Source of the DNA: Eledone cirrhosa
Taxonomy: Eukaryota
Length of the DNA stretch: 64,000 bases
Assembly (NCBI GenBank): GCA_964016885.1
Contig: OZ024743.1
Span: 150,226,001 to 150,290,000, forward strand
Direction of reading: 5' to 3'
Shown here piece after piece: positions 11,737 through 26,800 of this stretch. Both the position numbers and the translations under genes were made by a program. How positions within the stretch are numbered: position 1 is the stretch's first letter; each line of letters begins with the position of its first letter. The notes beneath the pieces were generated by a model. The model had not been told where the DNA came from. It saw nothing but the letters and a program-made list of their open reading frames with translations, and did not search any database.

Positions 11737-12115
11737 AATAATTGTTTCTACTTTTGGCATAAGGCCAGCAATTACGCCAGTGTATTACTAGTGCTTTATT
11801 TGATTGACCCCATAAGGATGAAAGGCAAAGATAACCTCGGTGGGATTTGAACTCAGAACGTAAAGGGCCATAAATCTATGCTGCAAAGCATGGTGTCCAA
11901 CACTGCCAATGCACCGTCCATATATATATGAAATAATTGTTTCTACTTTTTGCACAAGGCCAGCTATTACCCCAGCGCATTACTGGTACTTTATGTTATC
12001 GACCCAGTAAGGATGAAAGGCAAAGTTAACCTCGACGGGATTTGAACTCAGATCGTTAAGGGACGAAACTATGCTGGAAAGCATGGCGTCCGATCCTCTA
12101 CCGATACTGCCAAAT
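11737..12115 (-). mobile_element. Two tandem tRNA-derived SINE copies (octopod-type)
   Basis: B-box GAGTTCAAATCC, core GAGGTTxACTTTGCCTTTCATCC..GGGTCxATAA, 3' AGTAGAAACAATTATT tail. Confidence 0.85.
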
Positions 12116-12154
12116 GGCACTTAAGAAAGGATTAAATCACCATAATTGTTTATT

Positions 12155-12196
12155 GCATTATATATATTTCTGTTACATTGTTACTTCGTCAGATGT
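12155..12196 (-). ncRNA. Decayed hammerhead motif
   Basis: CAT-CTGACGA-A-GTAACA-A-TGTAAC-A-GAAA-TATATA-TA-ATG; stem II mismatched. Confidence 0.4.
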
Positions 12197-15100
12197 CTAT
12201 GCAATCATTGGTGCAGTTATGCAATCATTGTGATATCCCGGTGGCCATGCATGTCATCCATTAGTGAAGTGGTTCGGCATATGGAACTCCTGTATGTTAA
12301 GTTCTAGCAGTTTACGTATTAAGATTTCTGATTGGTTATTCTAGTCTTTAATAATTTTTTAGTTTCTGACTGGCTCGTGGCTATTCTCAGCATGTGGTCT
12401 ATCGGTTCATCTTCATTCTTTAGTTATTTCGTTTTCAGACAATATTTGTTAAGCCTGGTGATATAGGGAGTTAGAGTTTTTATTTTAGTTTTATGATCTC
12501 TGTTCAGCCTCTACTTAGGTCAACCAGGGAACACTGCCCTGACAAAAACAATATTAACAACAATGACAGTGATGTTTACAGTATATAAGACAATGATAGT
12601 GCTAGAATATAATGTAAATATAGTCATTTACCTGCACTTATATGTATATAAAGATACATAACCTACATAGACACATGCTCACATCTATATGTTTATATAC
12701 ATACACATATTCACATGTACATTCCTAGGTATATATACATGTTTATTTATACATACTTCCACATGTACAGACAGGTACTTATATTTATCAACACCATCGA
12801 AAATAACAACAAGAAAACCATTGGTTCCAGCATTGGTGATGTTGAGCCCATACTACCTAATATTTAAACATTATGCACCTACACGACCTCTTTAGTTTGG
12901 ACTGGATGTTCTGTGTTACCAACATAACTTTACAGAGAGAGGGTGATGTTGGTGGCAGTGGCAGGATGGAGTATATATATATATATGAATTTTTCTCATT
13001 GGCTGAAAGCAAAGTATTCATAAATTTTGATTTGTAATAATTGGTTCCTCACTAGGAAACAGATATGCATACAGTTATAAATATAAGGTTGGTAAGAAAA
13101 TATGATGAGGAACCAAAAATGTATTGCTTCCATGACTCATCCAATTATATAATAAAAAATCTAGTGGATCTGAAGAGGTATTTTCAACAAATGGTTAAAA
13201 GGTGAATCAAATGGTTACTTGTAATTAAAGTGTAATCTTTCTTTAATGAAGATAAATTACGAAATTAATGACATGAACAAACATTTTCAAATTAAATTAT
13301 GTTTTCCTAAAAGTTTTATATATCCCATTTACACATACTAATAAGAGTTTAAAAGATTTTTTTATGGGAACAGGGAACATTTAGACAATCAAATTTCCAA
13401 TATAGCTTAACATCTATATATTGTTTAGCAGTACGTGTGATGAAGAAATGCCTGAAACATGGTGCAAAGTATGTTGCTCTTGCAAGACATTTTGTTCCAA
13501 TAACAACATTTTTTCACTGGTGTTTACATACTTTGTCAATGCCTGCCAGCAAAACACACACACATCGATATGCCTGTTCCCATCTGTCAAATTTCACTCT
13601 CAAGTTATTTGGGGTATTTTTTTTGTGTATGTGCTATTTTTTCAGTGATTGTATGTTTTATTTCAAAATATTCAAATATATTTCTAGGATAATTTTACAT
13701 AAAAATAATGAAGAATCTAATATTTAATCAAACATATAGAAAAAGAAAGTATAATTGGAATGGACTATAACTACTGTAAATGACAGGAAAAGAGCAAGGA
13801 TTAATCGGAAAAGAAAGAAAGGAGACAGGAGAGAGGATAACAGACTCTACACCTAAGTCAGTGTGGGGTTTTAGCTGTGCCTCCCCAGACAAGGCTAAAG
13901 TAGAACACACTTGCCTAAAGTGCTGAAATAGGATCAAACTCAGGACCATGTGGTGTAAAACAAATTCCTTAACCAGAAAGTCATGCTTCAGTCCACACAT
14001 CCATATACTGCAAAGCTGTATAGATGAAAATAAATTCTGAAATACTTTGATATAGCCAGAAAATGTTTAAAATTTAGAAACTTTAGTTCTTAGTTTTTAT
14101 AATTTTTCCTTTAATATTTCTATACCTTTATGTTTGTGTGTGTATATTCGACATACATACATCCAATAAAGTAATGGGCTATATACTATAAAAAGAGTAG
14201 ATGGGAGAAATGATATGGATCACAAGCAACACGATATATATTTTTATTAATTCAATTCAAATTATATTCATTGTATACTAATGCTATGAAAAGAGAAATA
14301 TATTTCACTCAAATGGCTTCTTTCCTACTGATATTTCAACATTATTCCAAACACTGACCAAACTAACTGACCTAGATACAAGATTTTAAATAAAGTAAAA
14401 GTATTTACTAATCTGTTTAAAATTTTTAGAAAGTTTTAGTCAGTATAAAAATAAATGAAAACACCAGGAATTTGCTGACAAATTCTAGGTTATCAAAACT
14501 GATGATTTTTGAAAAAAATATTTACAATTTTAAAGATTAATATTTTGGCATAATAATTAAATTTGATGATGGCTTTAAAGAAAGAAGTATCAATAATCCA
14601 GTAAAAATAGTTGTTAATTTGAAATTTTTCATTCAGTTTTTGATATCAAACAGAGATAAATCTTTCAGATTTAATAGGAAAAGTGTTTTTGAAGCCATAT
14701 TGATAATCTAAATATTTCATTGAATTTAATTTAATTTGAACACACCCAAATTTTCCAACAGGTCTGCGCTAGAAAATGATTTTGACTAGAGGCTTTGAGT
14801 TTCAGGCAGAGCCAGTGTCTGGGTATTTAAAGCTATAGACTAACTTTAAAGTATGTAACTCCTCACAAATAAAATAATTTCAACTTATAGTTTGATAAGC
14901 CAATGAACTTTGTTTTTGACATTTCTTGCTCTGAGCACACAAAGAAAATTACTAAGCCTGTATTCTCACTATGCAGATCTTACTCATCTATGCCAAATCA
15001 TGTGTCAGGTTATAAAACTATATGATCCTTTCCACTACTTTGGATATTTCTACAACATTGCTATGTGGTAAAGATGTATAATGATGTGGCAAAAATGTAT

Positions 15101-15289
15101 AATGGAAATATTATATAGTTAATTTAATCATACAAATTTGCATAACACATTGATCCTATAAGATTCAGTAATGCAGCTCCTTGTGGTTTATGCTCTTGGC
15201 AGCTGCCCAGTTAGCTTTAATGGCAACACAGGTCCTAATGGAATTTATCTTTCATTATAAGAGTTTGGATGAGGATTAAAACTTTATAT

Positions 15290-16497
15290 TTCCTCAGGGA
15301 ACTGGTCCTGCACAGTGTGCAGAAAAAGTAGGTAAAAATTCCATTCTATGTCCCAAATGCAAGCAATGGGTACACAAGAGATGTAGTGGGATCTACAAAG
15401 ATTGTAGGTTTTACATGTGGCCGGTGCATAGGGATAGTAAGTAACAAGAGCCCTCAGGATACAATCACCTTCAAATGCCCAGAGGGCTCAGCAGAAGTGG
15501 TAGATAGTTTCTGTTAACTCAGTGACCAAATCAGCGGCTGGGGAGGATGTTCTGAAAGCATAGTAGCCAGAGTGAGATCTGGTTGGAAAAAGTTCAAGGA
15601 GTTACAACCGCTGCCTACTACAAAAGTTTTTTTCCTCAAAATGAAAGGCAGACTGCATGATGCATGTATATGAACAACAATGTTGCACAGTAGCAAGACC
15701 AGGGGACTGTGTGCTGAGGACCCATGAAGGTTGGAAAGAAATGAAGCCTTCATGCTTTGATGGATGTGCAATAGCAATATATGTGAACAGCAAAGTATAA
15801 AAGTACTGCATGAGAAATTAGGCATAATAAAGGGATCAGATGCTGCTTGCAGGAGAGGAGATTGTGTTGGTATGGACATGTAATGCGTATTAAGGAAGAC
15901 ATCTGTATAAAAAGGTGCAGAGCACTCAAAGTTGATGGTAGCCATGGGATGAGGTAATAAAAGCTGACCTTGCACAATTACACCTTACCAAGTTGATGAC
16001 ACAAGATTGCAACCTCTGGTGCTATGCAATACTACAGAACACCCATCCTCCCATATGCTTGAGCTGAAAAATATATCTAATAGGCAACACCTTCCTCTAC
16101 CATTTCCCCTCCCCTACACCTCCCTTGCTGTAACCACCCATTCCCTATTATCTACGTCCTCAATTTCCCCAAGCTTCCCACCCCCACAAGTTCCCATTCC
16201 ACATCATGAAGTGGTCCCCCACAACAAAAGTGCCCAGTCCACACTGTAAAGTGGTTGTGTCCGCAACATGACAAAAAGTGCTCAGTCCATGCTGTAAAGT
16301 GGTCGTGTAGGTGTCATGACAACAAGCACCCAACACACTGTAAATGTGGTTGGCATTTGGAAGAGCATCCAGCTGTAGAAACCAAGCCAAAATCAGATCT
16401 TCATGAGTGAAACATGTCCTCCAACCTGATCTCTCCAAAAGTGACTGCTCGTCCTACCCATGCTAACGTGGAAAATTGACGTTAAGCGATGATGATG
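15290..16497 (+). mobile_element. Decayed RTE LINE 3' end with (GAT)n tail
   Basis: Nucleotide similarity to 34340-35553 (WVHKRCSGI, GWKKFKEL remnants; GACGTTAAGCGATGATGAT tail). Confidence 0.8.
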
Positions 16498-17299
16498 TTT
16501 GCCAAGGGTTTCTAAAAAAAGCAAATAGGCTATTGTTATGGCGAATGCTCTATTTTTATTATAAATATTCTTGTTGTGGTAAGGATTGGAAGTAAATGTT
16601 TTACTAAATATTGAGATTCCAATTTTAGTAGTTTCCTTACACATGTCTGTGGTTGCTACATTTTTCCAGATAATGGGTAATAGATTAGGGGTTGGGAACC
16701 AGTGGGTCTTGAGGACTCTGTATTGTTTTGTTTTTTATTTAACATCTGCAATCATGTATTAGAATAAAAGTCATAACATGGTCTGGACAACAAAGCGATT
16801 TCAGATATGGCTTAAAGCCAAAAATTGCATTGGGTAAGAAAATGGTTAGCTAAATACATGTCTTCTTGTATGTATTTATGCATACAATAAATTATGCCGC
16901 CCTGATAGTCTCAAATTTATCCTTCTTTCCTTTTCTTTTTTTTTTTTTTTAGATAAAAATGGCTTTTCAGATAGAAATGGTTCCCTACCTCTGGCATCGA
17001 TGAAGGGAACAAAGAACAAAGAAACAGAAAATGCATGAAACACTAATAACAATAACGTTTTATCATCATCACCGTTTTACATCCATTCTTCCATGTAAGC
17101 ATGGGTTAGAAGGGTTGTCCTGTTGTGACCATGTCTTGCTCATACAGAACTGATTTGGGCTTGATTTCTACAACTGGATGCCCTTCCTAACACCAACCTC
17201 ATTTACAGTGAGTACTGGGTGCTTTTTTCTGTGTCACCTACATGACCAAGTCTTCTTGGGTCTCAGTTGCAAATGATTACCTAAAAACCTCATAAGTAG

Positions 17300-18040
17300 C
17301 AATTTTCTTTTTAATTTGGAAAGATTATTTTGTTGTTATCAATTTTACAAAGGTTTCCTTCTTCTTTGCCCACATATTTCTGAGAGGGTCATGGGGACAG
17401 AGTCCTCAAAGGTTTCTTCCAGCAGGTTCTGTCAGAAGCAACCATTCCAAGTGAGACCAGCTGAACTCATGGATGTTATCCAACCATCTTTCTCAGTGTC
17501 TACATGCCCATATTATCAGAGCTGTGATCTCTCAATTCAGGGAAGTATCAGCTCTACCTGGCATGACTCTCTGATCTCCAAGCTATACACTCTCTCAAGT
17601 AATGTTACTCTAAAGACTCTTCAGAGGAACACCATTTTGCCACTTTTATTCACAATTGTATTATTTTGATCATTAAACAAGTTTCACAACCATAGGTAAG
17701 GGTTAGCATGAATACCAAATTGAAGATAGCGAGTTTGGCTTTTACAACTACTCAACTTTCTTCTGATTACTGAATGCTGAAGTTGGCACATCACTCATGA
17801 ACACAGACCCAAGATACTCAAACTTCTCCATTCGCTTCAGTGGAATGCCATTCACATGTAGAGTGCACTGCACAGGCCTCCTTGAGAGGACAAGTGACTC
17901 AATGTTTACAGCACTGATTTTCATTCCCGCCATGCAGCACTTGGCATCAAACTTATCAAGTGCAAGTCTGAGATCACCTTCTGTCAAGTTAAGTAATACC
18001 ATGTCATCTGCAAATTCTAGCCAACTGATTTTAAACCTGC
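17300..18040 (-). mobile_element. Decayed RTE-like LINE fragment
   Basis: Minus strand LEFADDMVLL...AGMKIS...FEYLGSVF. Confidence 0.7.
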
Positions 18041-18189
18041 CAGTTATGATATCACTTCAGAACAAAGGTTTCTTATTTATAAAATACATCAACAATACCA
18101 AGGAAAGTTTCTTGAATTTGTACCTATTATTCCTTTACTGGTTTCAGACTGACGTCAGCCTTGCAGGGACACTGCGATGATGGAATTTA

Positions 18190-18450
18190 GTCCATTATAT
18201 AGACTCTAGTTTCTAGCTGTTTAAGTCTGGTGCTTATTTCATCGATGTTGTATGTTAAACTGCTAAGTTACAGAACATGAACAAACACAGATATGGACAC
18301 AAATAGATTGAGCACAGTTTCTGTTCCCCAGTTTTCACTCACATTAGGCAATCTGAGACTATAGTTGAAGACAACCAATGTTGCCAAGTAGTGCTATTGA
18401 ACACAAAATCAAATGGTTATGAAGCAAACAACTTAACCACACAGCCATGA
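18190..18450 (-). mobile_element. Decayed tRNA-derived SINE (second octopod family)
   Basis: Reverse complement CATGGCTGTGTGGTTAAG...TGTCTTCAACTATAG head; a related copy lies at ~62060-62380. Confidence 0.6.
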
Positions 18451-18481
18451 CTATTTTCATATAAATTTAGAATTTATTTTG

Positions 18482-18520
<39 letters not shown>

Positions 18521-19739
18521 TTTACGTCTGCTTTTCACTGCTTTGCATATATATTATAAATGATAATTTACTTCAAAACAGAATTTTAGATCCAGACTTG
18601 GATGTGAAAAAATTGTATTCTAATATCTTTCCATATACTTCATTGTGTATGTTTCATTTTGAAGTGTCTTTTTTTTACATTGTTAACTTTATATCTAACC
18701 AAAATAACTTGTCCCCAAATTACATTTGCTTTCATTTTAAGTTTGAAGGAACAGATGGCATACAGAAATGTTGCCCCTTGAGTAAATAAGTAAGAAACAT
18801 GTGATGTGTATTGATATTACAGCAGGCAATGAAAACAAAACAAGTGGGTAGTATATTCATGATGGTGGCAAAAAATCAGGAATGTTGATGAAGGAAGTCA
18901 GTACAAAATGTTATTAGATTAGAGATGCAATGTACAGAAGTTGTTGTAGGACGTCTGTACCATAAGAAAACTAATGTTAGATCAATGAGCTTATTGATCT
19001 GGTATAACATCTTATTGTTATGTTTTTTTCTTGATTAAACAAACCAATGATCAAAGGTGTTCCAGCTATGACCATCTCAACTTTTCAAAATCACAGTGTA
19101 TCCAAGAGTGCATTATCCAATATGTCCTTCTGTCTTCTAAATAGTAAGGTGTGATTTTATGAAGATTTGGTTGATATTTCTATCAGGTTAAGCTATCATA
19201 TAGAAGATCCCTGCTGCTTATTATCAAACATTCTGTATGTTCTTGAATCATATCCTAAATTTTTTAAATGACTACCAATAAGCAACTAAATAAATTTTGA
19301 AATGTTAGCATGATACTAAAAATGTATGAAAGTACTTATTGGGGTTATAAAGTCCAGGTGGAGTGAGATTTTCTTAGAAAGTGTTTTTACATGCATGCAT
19401 TATTCCAAACACTAGAAGTGTTTATTTGTACAAACTCAATTTTCTAACTTAAAATAGAGACAAAAGAGTTTATAATTCAATATTTTGTGAAGTATAAATT
19501 TAAAGCAGCACTTAAATCTATGAAGTCCCTTTTACAAATACATAATATATTCTCCTCTGAATAAAATTCTATATTTAGATATTTGAATTATGTACATAGT
19601 TTCTGTAGTGCATAGTATTAAGATTAGGGAGAGTGAATGGGGATGGAGGAAGAGAAAATTGGTGGAGACTATAGTGTCCTCTACATGTTTGTTTCATTTC
19701 CTTTTGTGCACAGCATGATACCTGAGATCTTGATCCTGC

Positions 19740-20790
19740 GTCACCCCATTGTGAGATTTAATTGGGCAAGGTCAGATTTTATCATTTCATCCCAAGCTTT
19801 CTTAGGTCCTCCTCTTTCATAGTTTCCATCGACTTTGAGTGCTCTACACCTTTTTATACAGCTGTCATCCTCCTTATGCATCTCATGTCAAAACCATTGC
19901 AATCTCCTCTCCTGTACTCTGCCTCTGAACTCCTCTTATGCCTAGTTTCTCTCTCAGTTCATTGATGATTTATTGTTGATGCACACTCCTATGACACATC
20001 CACTAGAGCATGCAAACTTCATTTCTAACCAATCTTCGTTAGTCCTCTGCACACATTGCCCAGGTCTCAGTTTCATGCAGCATTACTGTTTGTAAACAAG
20101 CTCCATACACTATGTCCTTCATTTTGAGGGAAAAACCTACTCCTTTCCTGCACACTGAGCAAGGCTATTTTCCTGAAGGAATCTGGGCCCTTTTTTCTTT
20201 AAGGCATTTTGATTCTAAATCATGCTTCCAGATTTCTTTTGTAATTCTGTGATAGATTCAGCTGTGAGGGTTAGACCATCTGCATACATATGTTCCCATG
20301 GGAAGCCAGTCGTAAACTCTTCTGTTATAACCTACAGAATGATAATAAGGAGAGGGCTAAGAATGGAGCCCTTATGGACTCCTATCTGCATGCTAAATTA
20401 TTCACTATAGAATTGTAAATTTTAACCTTGCTGACTGCACCTTTATACATGGCTTGTTCTACCTTCACAAACCACTCATCTACTCCTAGTTTTCTAAAAG
20501 CCCACCAGTTAATGGAATGGGGGACTCTGTCAAAAGCTTTCTTTGGGTCAACAAATGCCAAGTAGAGAGGTTTACTTTTAGCTATGTACTTCTCCTGCAG
20601 GTGCCCACATGGAACTTTTACCTAGCACAAATCCTAACTGCATCTCATTTAGGGTAACTCGGTGCCTAATCAGCTGGGTTATAATTCTTTCTGTGACCTT
20701 CATAACCTGGTCCATCAACTTTATTATTCTATAGTTTTCTCTGTCAAATGCATCTCCTTTGAATATATAATATCCAGTTCCCAGCTTCCA
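19740..20790 (-). mobile_element. Decayed RTE LINE fragment
   Basis: KGDAFDRENYRIIKLMDQVMKVTERII; same family as 33187-35553. Confidence 0.85.
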
Positions 20791-21024
20791 TAGTTCCTGA
20801 TATTGCAATGTGTTTGATTAAATGAAAATGATAAGAAAAACAAACAAAAATTAAATATTTCTCTAGAAGAAATGAAATAATTAATGGAAATTAGTGTTGC
20901 AGCAAAATTAACTAAATGGATAAACATAAACACATTTGTGCTTGAGTATAGGTAGCAATTTTACATAAGATATTAATTAAGTTGAAAAGCTACAAGATTA
21001 AATATCATTATTGCTTAAGTTGTT

Positions 21025-21383
21025 GCAATATGTGCAAGGTATGGCGTGGCCATCTGGCCAAACCTGTCTCATAACAGGACCACCCAGTAACACAGCTCCA
21101 CTATGAGTAAGACTTGACACAGCCAACTGGTCTGATCTCCTTCATAATGGGACCACCCAGCTTCCAAATTATGGTTCCAATGTGAGCAGGGTACAGGAGG
21201 GCAGTCGATTGGCAGTATTGGTAGAGGGTCAGACACCATGCTTTCCAGCATAGTTACGTCCCTTTACGATCTGAGTTCAAATCCCACCGAGGTTGACTTT
21301 GCCTTTCATCCTTACGGGGTCGATAAAATAAAGTACCAGTAATGCACTGGGTAATTGCTGGCCTTGTGCCTAAAGTAGAAAAA
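21025..21383 (+). mobile_element. SINE insertion with 170-bp 5' templated extension; 18-bp TSD
   Basis: TSD ATTATTGCTTAAGTTGTT at 21007-21024 and 21384-21401; 21028-21197 matches 21552-21721 with 3 mismatches; SINE body at 21198-21383. Confidence 0.85.
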
Positions 21384-22239
21384 ATTATTGCTTAAGTTGT
21401 TAATAACCAGCTTTTTGTTTAAAACTTACTAGTACTAAGAATCCTCTACGTTTTATTTCATGCCCATCTTACATGCCAAAGAGAAATCTTGTAAGATTTC
21501 TATATTATCTGAGACTTTCTTTTTTAAATATTTTACATATAGAGAGTCCTGATATGTGCAAGGTATGGCGTGGCCATCTGGCCAAACATGTCTCATAACA
21601 GGACCACTCAGTAACACAGCTCCACTATGAGTAAGACTTGACACAGCCAACTGGCCTGATCTCCTTCATAATGGGACCACCCAGCTTCCAAATTATGGTT
21701 CCAATGTGAGCAGGGTACAGGTGCGACCAACTGGCCAGACCCTCCTCATAATGGTGCCATCCAATTTCACATTGTAAGCGTGGGAGGGAATCCAGCTGTA
21801 AAAATCCCAACAAAAATACAGTTCTCTCCGAGCAAGGTACAGCACGGCCAGCTGACCCGACTTATCTCATAACGCAAGCAACCCATCTAACCCATGCAAG
21901 CATGGAAAAGTAGATGTTAAACGGTGGTGATGATGACATGAGTTGTGCTTTTCATAATTTTGGGGAGGAATTTTATGGCTAGGTGCTCTTCCTATAACCA
22001 ACCACTTTATAGCATGTACGGGGTACATTTTATCATACCACCAACCCTAGAAAGGTTATCTGATAGGAACTAAGAGCCTTCTCTCTCCTGTAGCAGTTTT
22101 TATTCAGAGTGACTGTTCCTCTAGATTCACTGATTTCACTATAGCTAACAGAACCCACATCTACTCCAGCAGCCTTGTTTATTTGGTGTAGTTGTTCTAG
22201 ATGGACATCTTTTCCTGTGGCTTCTAGTGCCTATGACCA

Positions 22240-22640
22240 CACCATACATTTTTATTTAAGTGACATAATTAAAGGTTTCTTTGAGACCATAGTAGCTAAA
22301 ACAAGAACAGGATGGAAAAAGTTCAAGGATCTACAACCTTTTTTGACAACAAAAGTTTCTCTACATGAATGAAAAGCTGGTTGTATGATGCCTGTGTGTA
22401 ATGTGTGGCATTGAATGAAAGCGAAATATAGGCAGTGAATGCAGAGCGTATGCAAAGCTAGAGAGAAATGAAGTAAGTATGCTTTGATGGATGTGCAATA
22501 TTATTGTGCATGAATCCATTGAAGAAACATGGATGAGCTGAGAGAAAATGGATATAAGATGTAGTGGCATAGACATGTAATGCATAATAGATGATGACTG
22601 TTAAGTAAAGAAGTACCAAAAAATCCCATTGGAAAGTAGT
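22240..22640 (+). mobile_element. Decayed RTE LINE fragment
   Basis: TIVAKTRTGWKKFKDL remnant. Confidence 0.7.
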
Positions 22641-23738
22641 TGCATTAGAGAAAAAACACAATGAATAGAGGGATGTTGTGCTGGAAAAAAACCTGCTCAC
22701 CCATTCAAGCATAGGGAATCAGGTGCAAAATTATGATGATTATGATGATATATACATGCAAATTGGCTGTAAATCAAAAATATTTTCACAGAAAATAAAC
22801 TTATTGTTATTAACATTGACAAAATGGTTTTCACCATTCACTTCAAAGGAAATGCCGTGGACATTTGTCGCTTTACAGCTGTGATTTTTATAGAAACAAA
22901 TTGTGTGCACCTGTTCTTTCTTCTTTTATTTTGTCTAAGTAGGTTCACTTATATTTTTCTTTGTTTTAAGAACTCATTTTTGGTTGTTGACATTGCAGAT
23001 TGTGGGATTTTTAAGGAGTGCTTATTTTATGTAAAATTGCTACTTGTAAAATTGACAGAATCATAAACAAACATCTCTTTCTGTTTGTTTCTATTTAGTT
23101 TGAGCTCTGCAAAAATGAATTTTCTCTATTTGTTTCAATGTTTTCATATTTATCAGATTTAAAAAACCCAAATGAGCATAGTATACAAGTAATTCATTTC
23201 ATTCTCTCCATGACTTTAGATAGAATCTAATAGTAATTCTAAGTTCATCATTTATTTTCTTGAATTTGGGTGCATGTTTATATCCTTTGATGTACATGTG
23301 TATATATGATGTATGATTATCATCATCATTTTCTCTTTACATTCTATACCGGCATGGATTGGACATGCTATTATAGTACAAGACTTGACTTGTTGAGGAA
23401 ACATGCCTTGACTTTAACGTTTTGTATTTGGTATGGTTTGATAACCTTCTTAACACCAACAACTTTACGGAGTGTATTAGGTACATTTTATCAAAGCACC
23501 AGCACTACCAGTTTACAGATAGTACTAGGTACATTTTATTGTGGTACCAGAAGTACCACTTCACAGTCTACTGAGCACATTTCAGTATGACACCAGCACT
23601 AATCCTTTACAGATTGTACTGGGTGAATTTTATCATGGCACCAGAACTAGCACTTCAAAGAGTGTACAGGGTGCATTTAATCATAACACTAACACATTCA
23701 AGAGGATGTTGAGCTCATGGCTGGACTAAATTATTACT

Positions 23739-23838
23739 CCCGCCGAGGTTAACTTTGCCTTTCATCCTTACGGGGTCGATAAAATAAAGTACCAGTAATG
23801 CACTGGGTAATTGCTGGCCTTGTGCCAAAAGTAGAAAC
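23739..23838 (+). mobile_element. 5'-truncated SINE with TSD
   Basis: SINE core plus TSD AATTATTACT at 23729-23738 and 23839-23848. Confidence 0.85.
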
Positions 23839-26800
23839 AATTATTACTTCTATCCTACCTTTTCTCAGTTTTTACATCTTCTGTATTACAGAGGGTACCA
23901 AGTACATACTATCATGTCACTAGTAATAGAAAGGCTGTCTCATCCACTGCAATTTAAAGGAACTTCTCTACTTCATGAACTCTCTACTTCTTTACTTCAT
24001 GAAGTCTTTACTTTTAAATAGTTCACTAAGGTACTCAAATATAGTATAAATTACCTGTGCAGAAACAACCACAACTGCAGTCAGTAATGTAAACACACAC
24101 ACATATATATATATACTTACATCCATAATTATGTATATATAATTACACACATAGATATATGTGCAAAAACACAAACTATAAATCTTTTGATGAAATGATA
24201 TTGACAGTAAATCAATGTTATCATGCTTCAAAGATACATATATATATCCAGCCAAACTTTTAATCAGTAGCCTGCAGTGGGTTGTCATTTAGGAACTTCT
24301 AATTGTCCTCTATATCATATGAATCAAAATCCTCCATCTCATCATATGCATCCTGTAGAGCGTTTCTGAACCTATAATTAACATGGTCCTTTAGCTTCCA
24401 GACTTTCCTGCATTTTTTCTGTCACTAATAACTAACTTATGTTGGGTAGTACATGTTTCTTTGGGAAAGAACCTAATGTTCATAACCATCTATCTATCCT
24501 GTTTTCCAACATGTAAAAGTAAATTTGGCAGGAGTGTTCAAATGACTGGCTGATTTTCTCAAGTGAGATTTCCAAATAGGTCATTCATATCACAGAGTTC
24601 TAAAAGCCTTGATCCTTCTTCATTTCTCAAGTCATACAATGCACTCAAGAGTAGCCGTTCTGATGCTACCCACAGATTCATTGATGTTACCTGTAAAGAT
24701 AAGGAAGTCACTGTCATCGGTTATTGTAGTCATCTGTAAGAATTCTTATTGGATTGGTATTTTTGTTCTTTATTTAGTCCTTATTTCAGTGCATAGGGAG
24801 AGATAACTGTTGTCATTCTATTGCCTATGACTATTATGTCACTTACTCTAAATACCTCAATTGTTATATTCACTCCTCGGCTAATAGAATGCATACTGTA
24901 TCTATCCCAACATTATTTTCTATCCAGAAGAGCTTATATCTATTTTGTTTGCCTGTGACACTCCTCCATTGCACCTTTTGAACACAGCACACACCCATTT
25001 GTCTCCTCTCAAGCATCTCCACAATTTCCCTGTATCTGTGTACCAACATTGAGTGATAGCCTTGAGAAGTGTTACTTGATAGTAGTTATTAGGTTGCCTC
25101 TTGGTAACAGCTTTCAGTACTTGAAAGGGAATGTAGGTATGCAACTGCTTGATGATGGTCAAGGAGATTTTGCACTCACACCACTAACATGATTAGTGTT
25201 AGTCCTGCATATGCAATTATTTAGCATATTGTCAGTTATGCTTTTCATAATTTTGGCTGGATGCCCTTCTTATCACCAACCACTTTACAGCATGAACTAG
25301 GTGCCTTGTTTCATGTCACTAGTATTTGAGAAGTTTTCTATCAGGACTTTAGAGACCTCGCTACCCTGTATCAGTTTTTATTCACAATGTCTTTTCTTCT
25401 AAAAAGGTTTCTTTCATAACATCTTACAGAGTCACCTTCCCCTATCCATATATATATCACCATTTAACATCTATTTTCCCTGAGAAAGAGAGAGAGGAGA
25501 GTGGATGTGAGAGTATGAGATAACTAAAGACATAGTGATATCCAACATTTTGCAATGTATTTCTACTTTTCTTTATCCCCTCATGTAATATCCCAGATAT
25601 AATATCAGCCTAATCAAAACACTTTGTACTAAATTTTTGAGGGCTTCTGTGTGTATGTTGGAAGCTAAGGTCATATATAGAAAAGATTGGAAATTGAAAT
25701 CAAGATTCTTTAAAGTTAATTTTACATTGAGTACAACTAAGCTATATTAGTATTGCAGCAGACCATAAGAAGGGCATCTAATCATAAATACTTCCAGCTA
25801 ATCTTTAACAAAATAGAGTAACTGGAAACTGCAACTCTGTTAGCGCTTGAGACAAGCATATAAGAAAGCTGCTGTTTTACAAATCTATTCTAGAACAGAA
25901 AAGTTAAAAGATCAGTGGTGATGGAGGTTACAATAGATACAATAAGAATAAAGAATGAAAAATAGCTCAAGCTAAAATGATTGGAACATTAGGCATGTAT
26001 AAATTAAGTAGCAGAAATCTTTTAAGAATGATTAAGCCTACTTTTAGATATCAATAATATATTATTACTTTGTAGTCTTTTGGTTTATTCGCATTATATC
26101 AATGTATCTAACTTAAAACCAATTTTTATGATATAAAATTAAGTGCCTGATCAATTCTTCAAACTACCAAATTTAGTTTACTTAGCATGTTAAGGTTCTT
26201 TTTTTTATCACCGATACCATAGCCTAGCTTTGGTGTCAGTAAACTTCAAATATCAGCAAATATCTATTTTATGAAATATTCTACTTGACAGAGAACAAAC
26301 TAATTTTTCTGTTATGGTGACATGCAAACGATATCAAGATGTTTCTTGCAATGCTGAGTTACCAACCTTTGGGAATGTTCTGTTAACAACACTTGTCAGG
26401 CAGCAGATAAAAGTGCCACATTTAGACAAACATTTTACCCAGTAAGTTGGGGGCTACAGAAAGGTTTTCTTAAAATCTATCTTATTACTTTTCTATGTAG
26501 ATGTAATTCTGTAAAAGAATATAGTTAAGAAAATGTTTAACTTACAAGAATTACCAAGTTACAAATATTACTTGATTTATATATTTAAAATCACGTCATA
26601 AAATATTAAAAGCTATCATTAATTGTTTTAGGAGATATAAAAAAAAAAAAACTATATTAATTTATTTATTAGCATGAATAATTTGACATTATTTTTTTTC
26701 CATTTCACACTATATACTATTTGAAAACATTTGCCAAGATCAATCTTTATGTATTTATTCAGTGCATATTCAATACTATATTTTATGTTAAATTACAATT

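Noticed and set aside
13438-13470. Box C/D snoRNA-like GTGATGA..CTGA
   Set aside because: No terminal box D or terminal stem at an appropriate distance.
18125-18172. Hammerhead-like remnant on the minus strand (stem II + GAAACCAGTA)
   Set aside because: CUGANGA core and stem I not recoverable.
23440-23700. Degenerate ~45-bp tandem repeats
   Set aside because: Match the repeated motif in RTE 3' UTRs (also ~16220, 35300, 37800); not an independent system.
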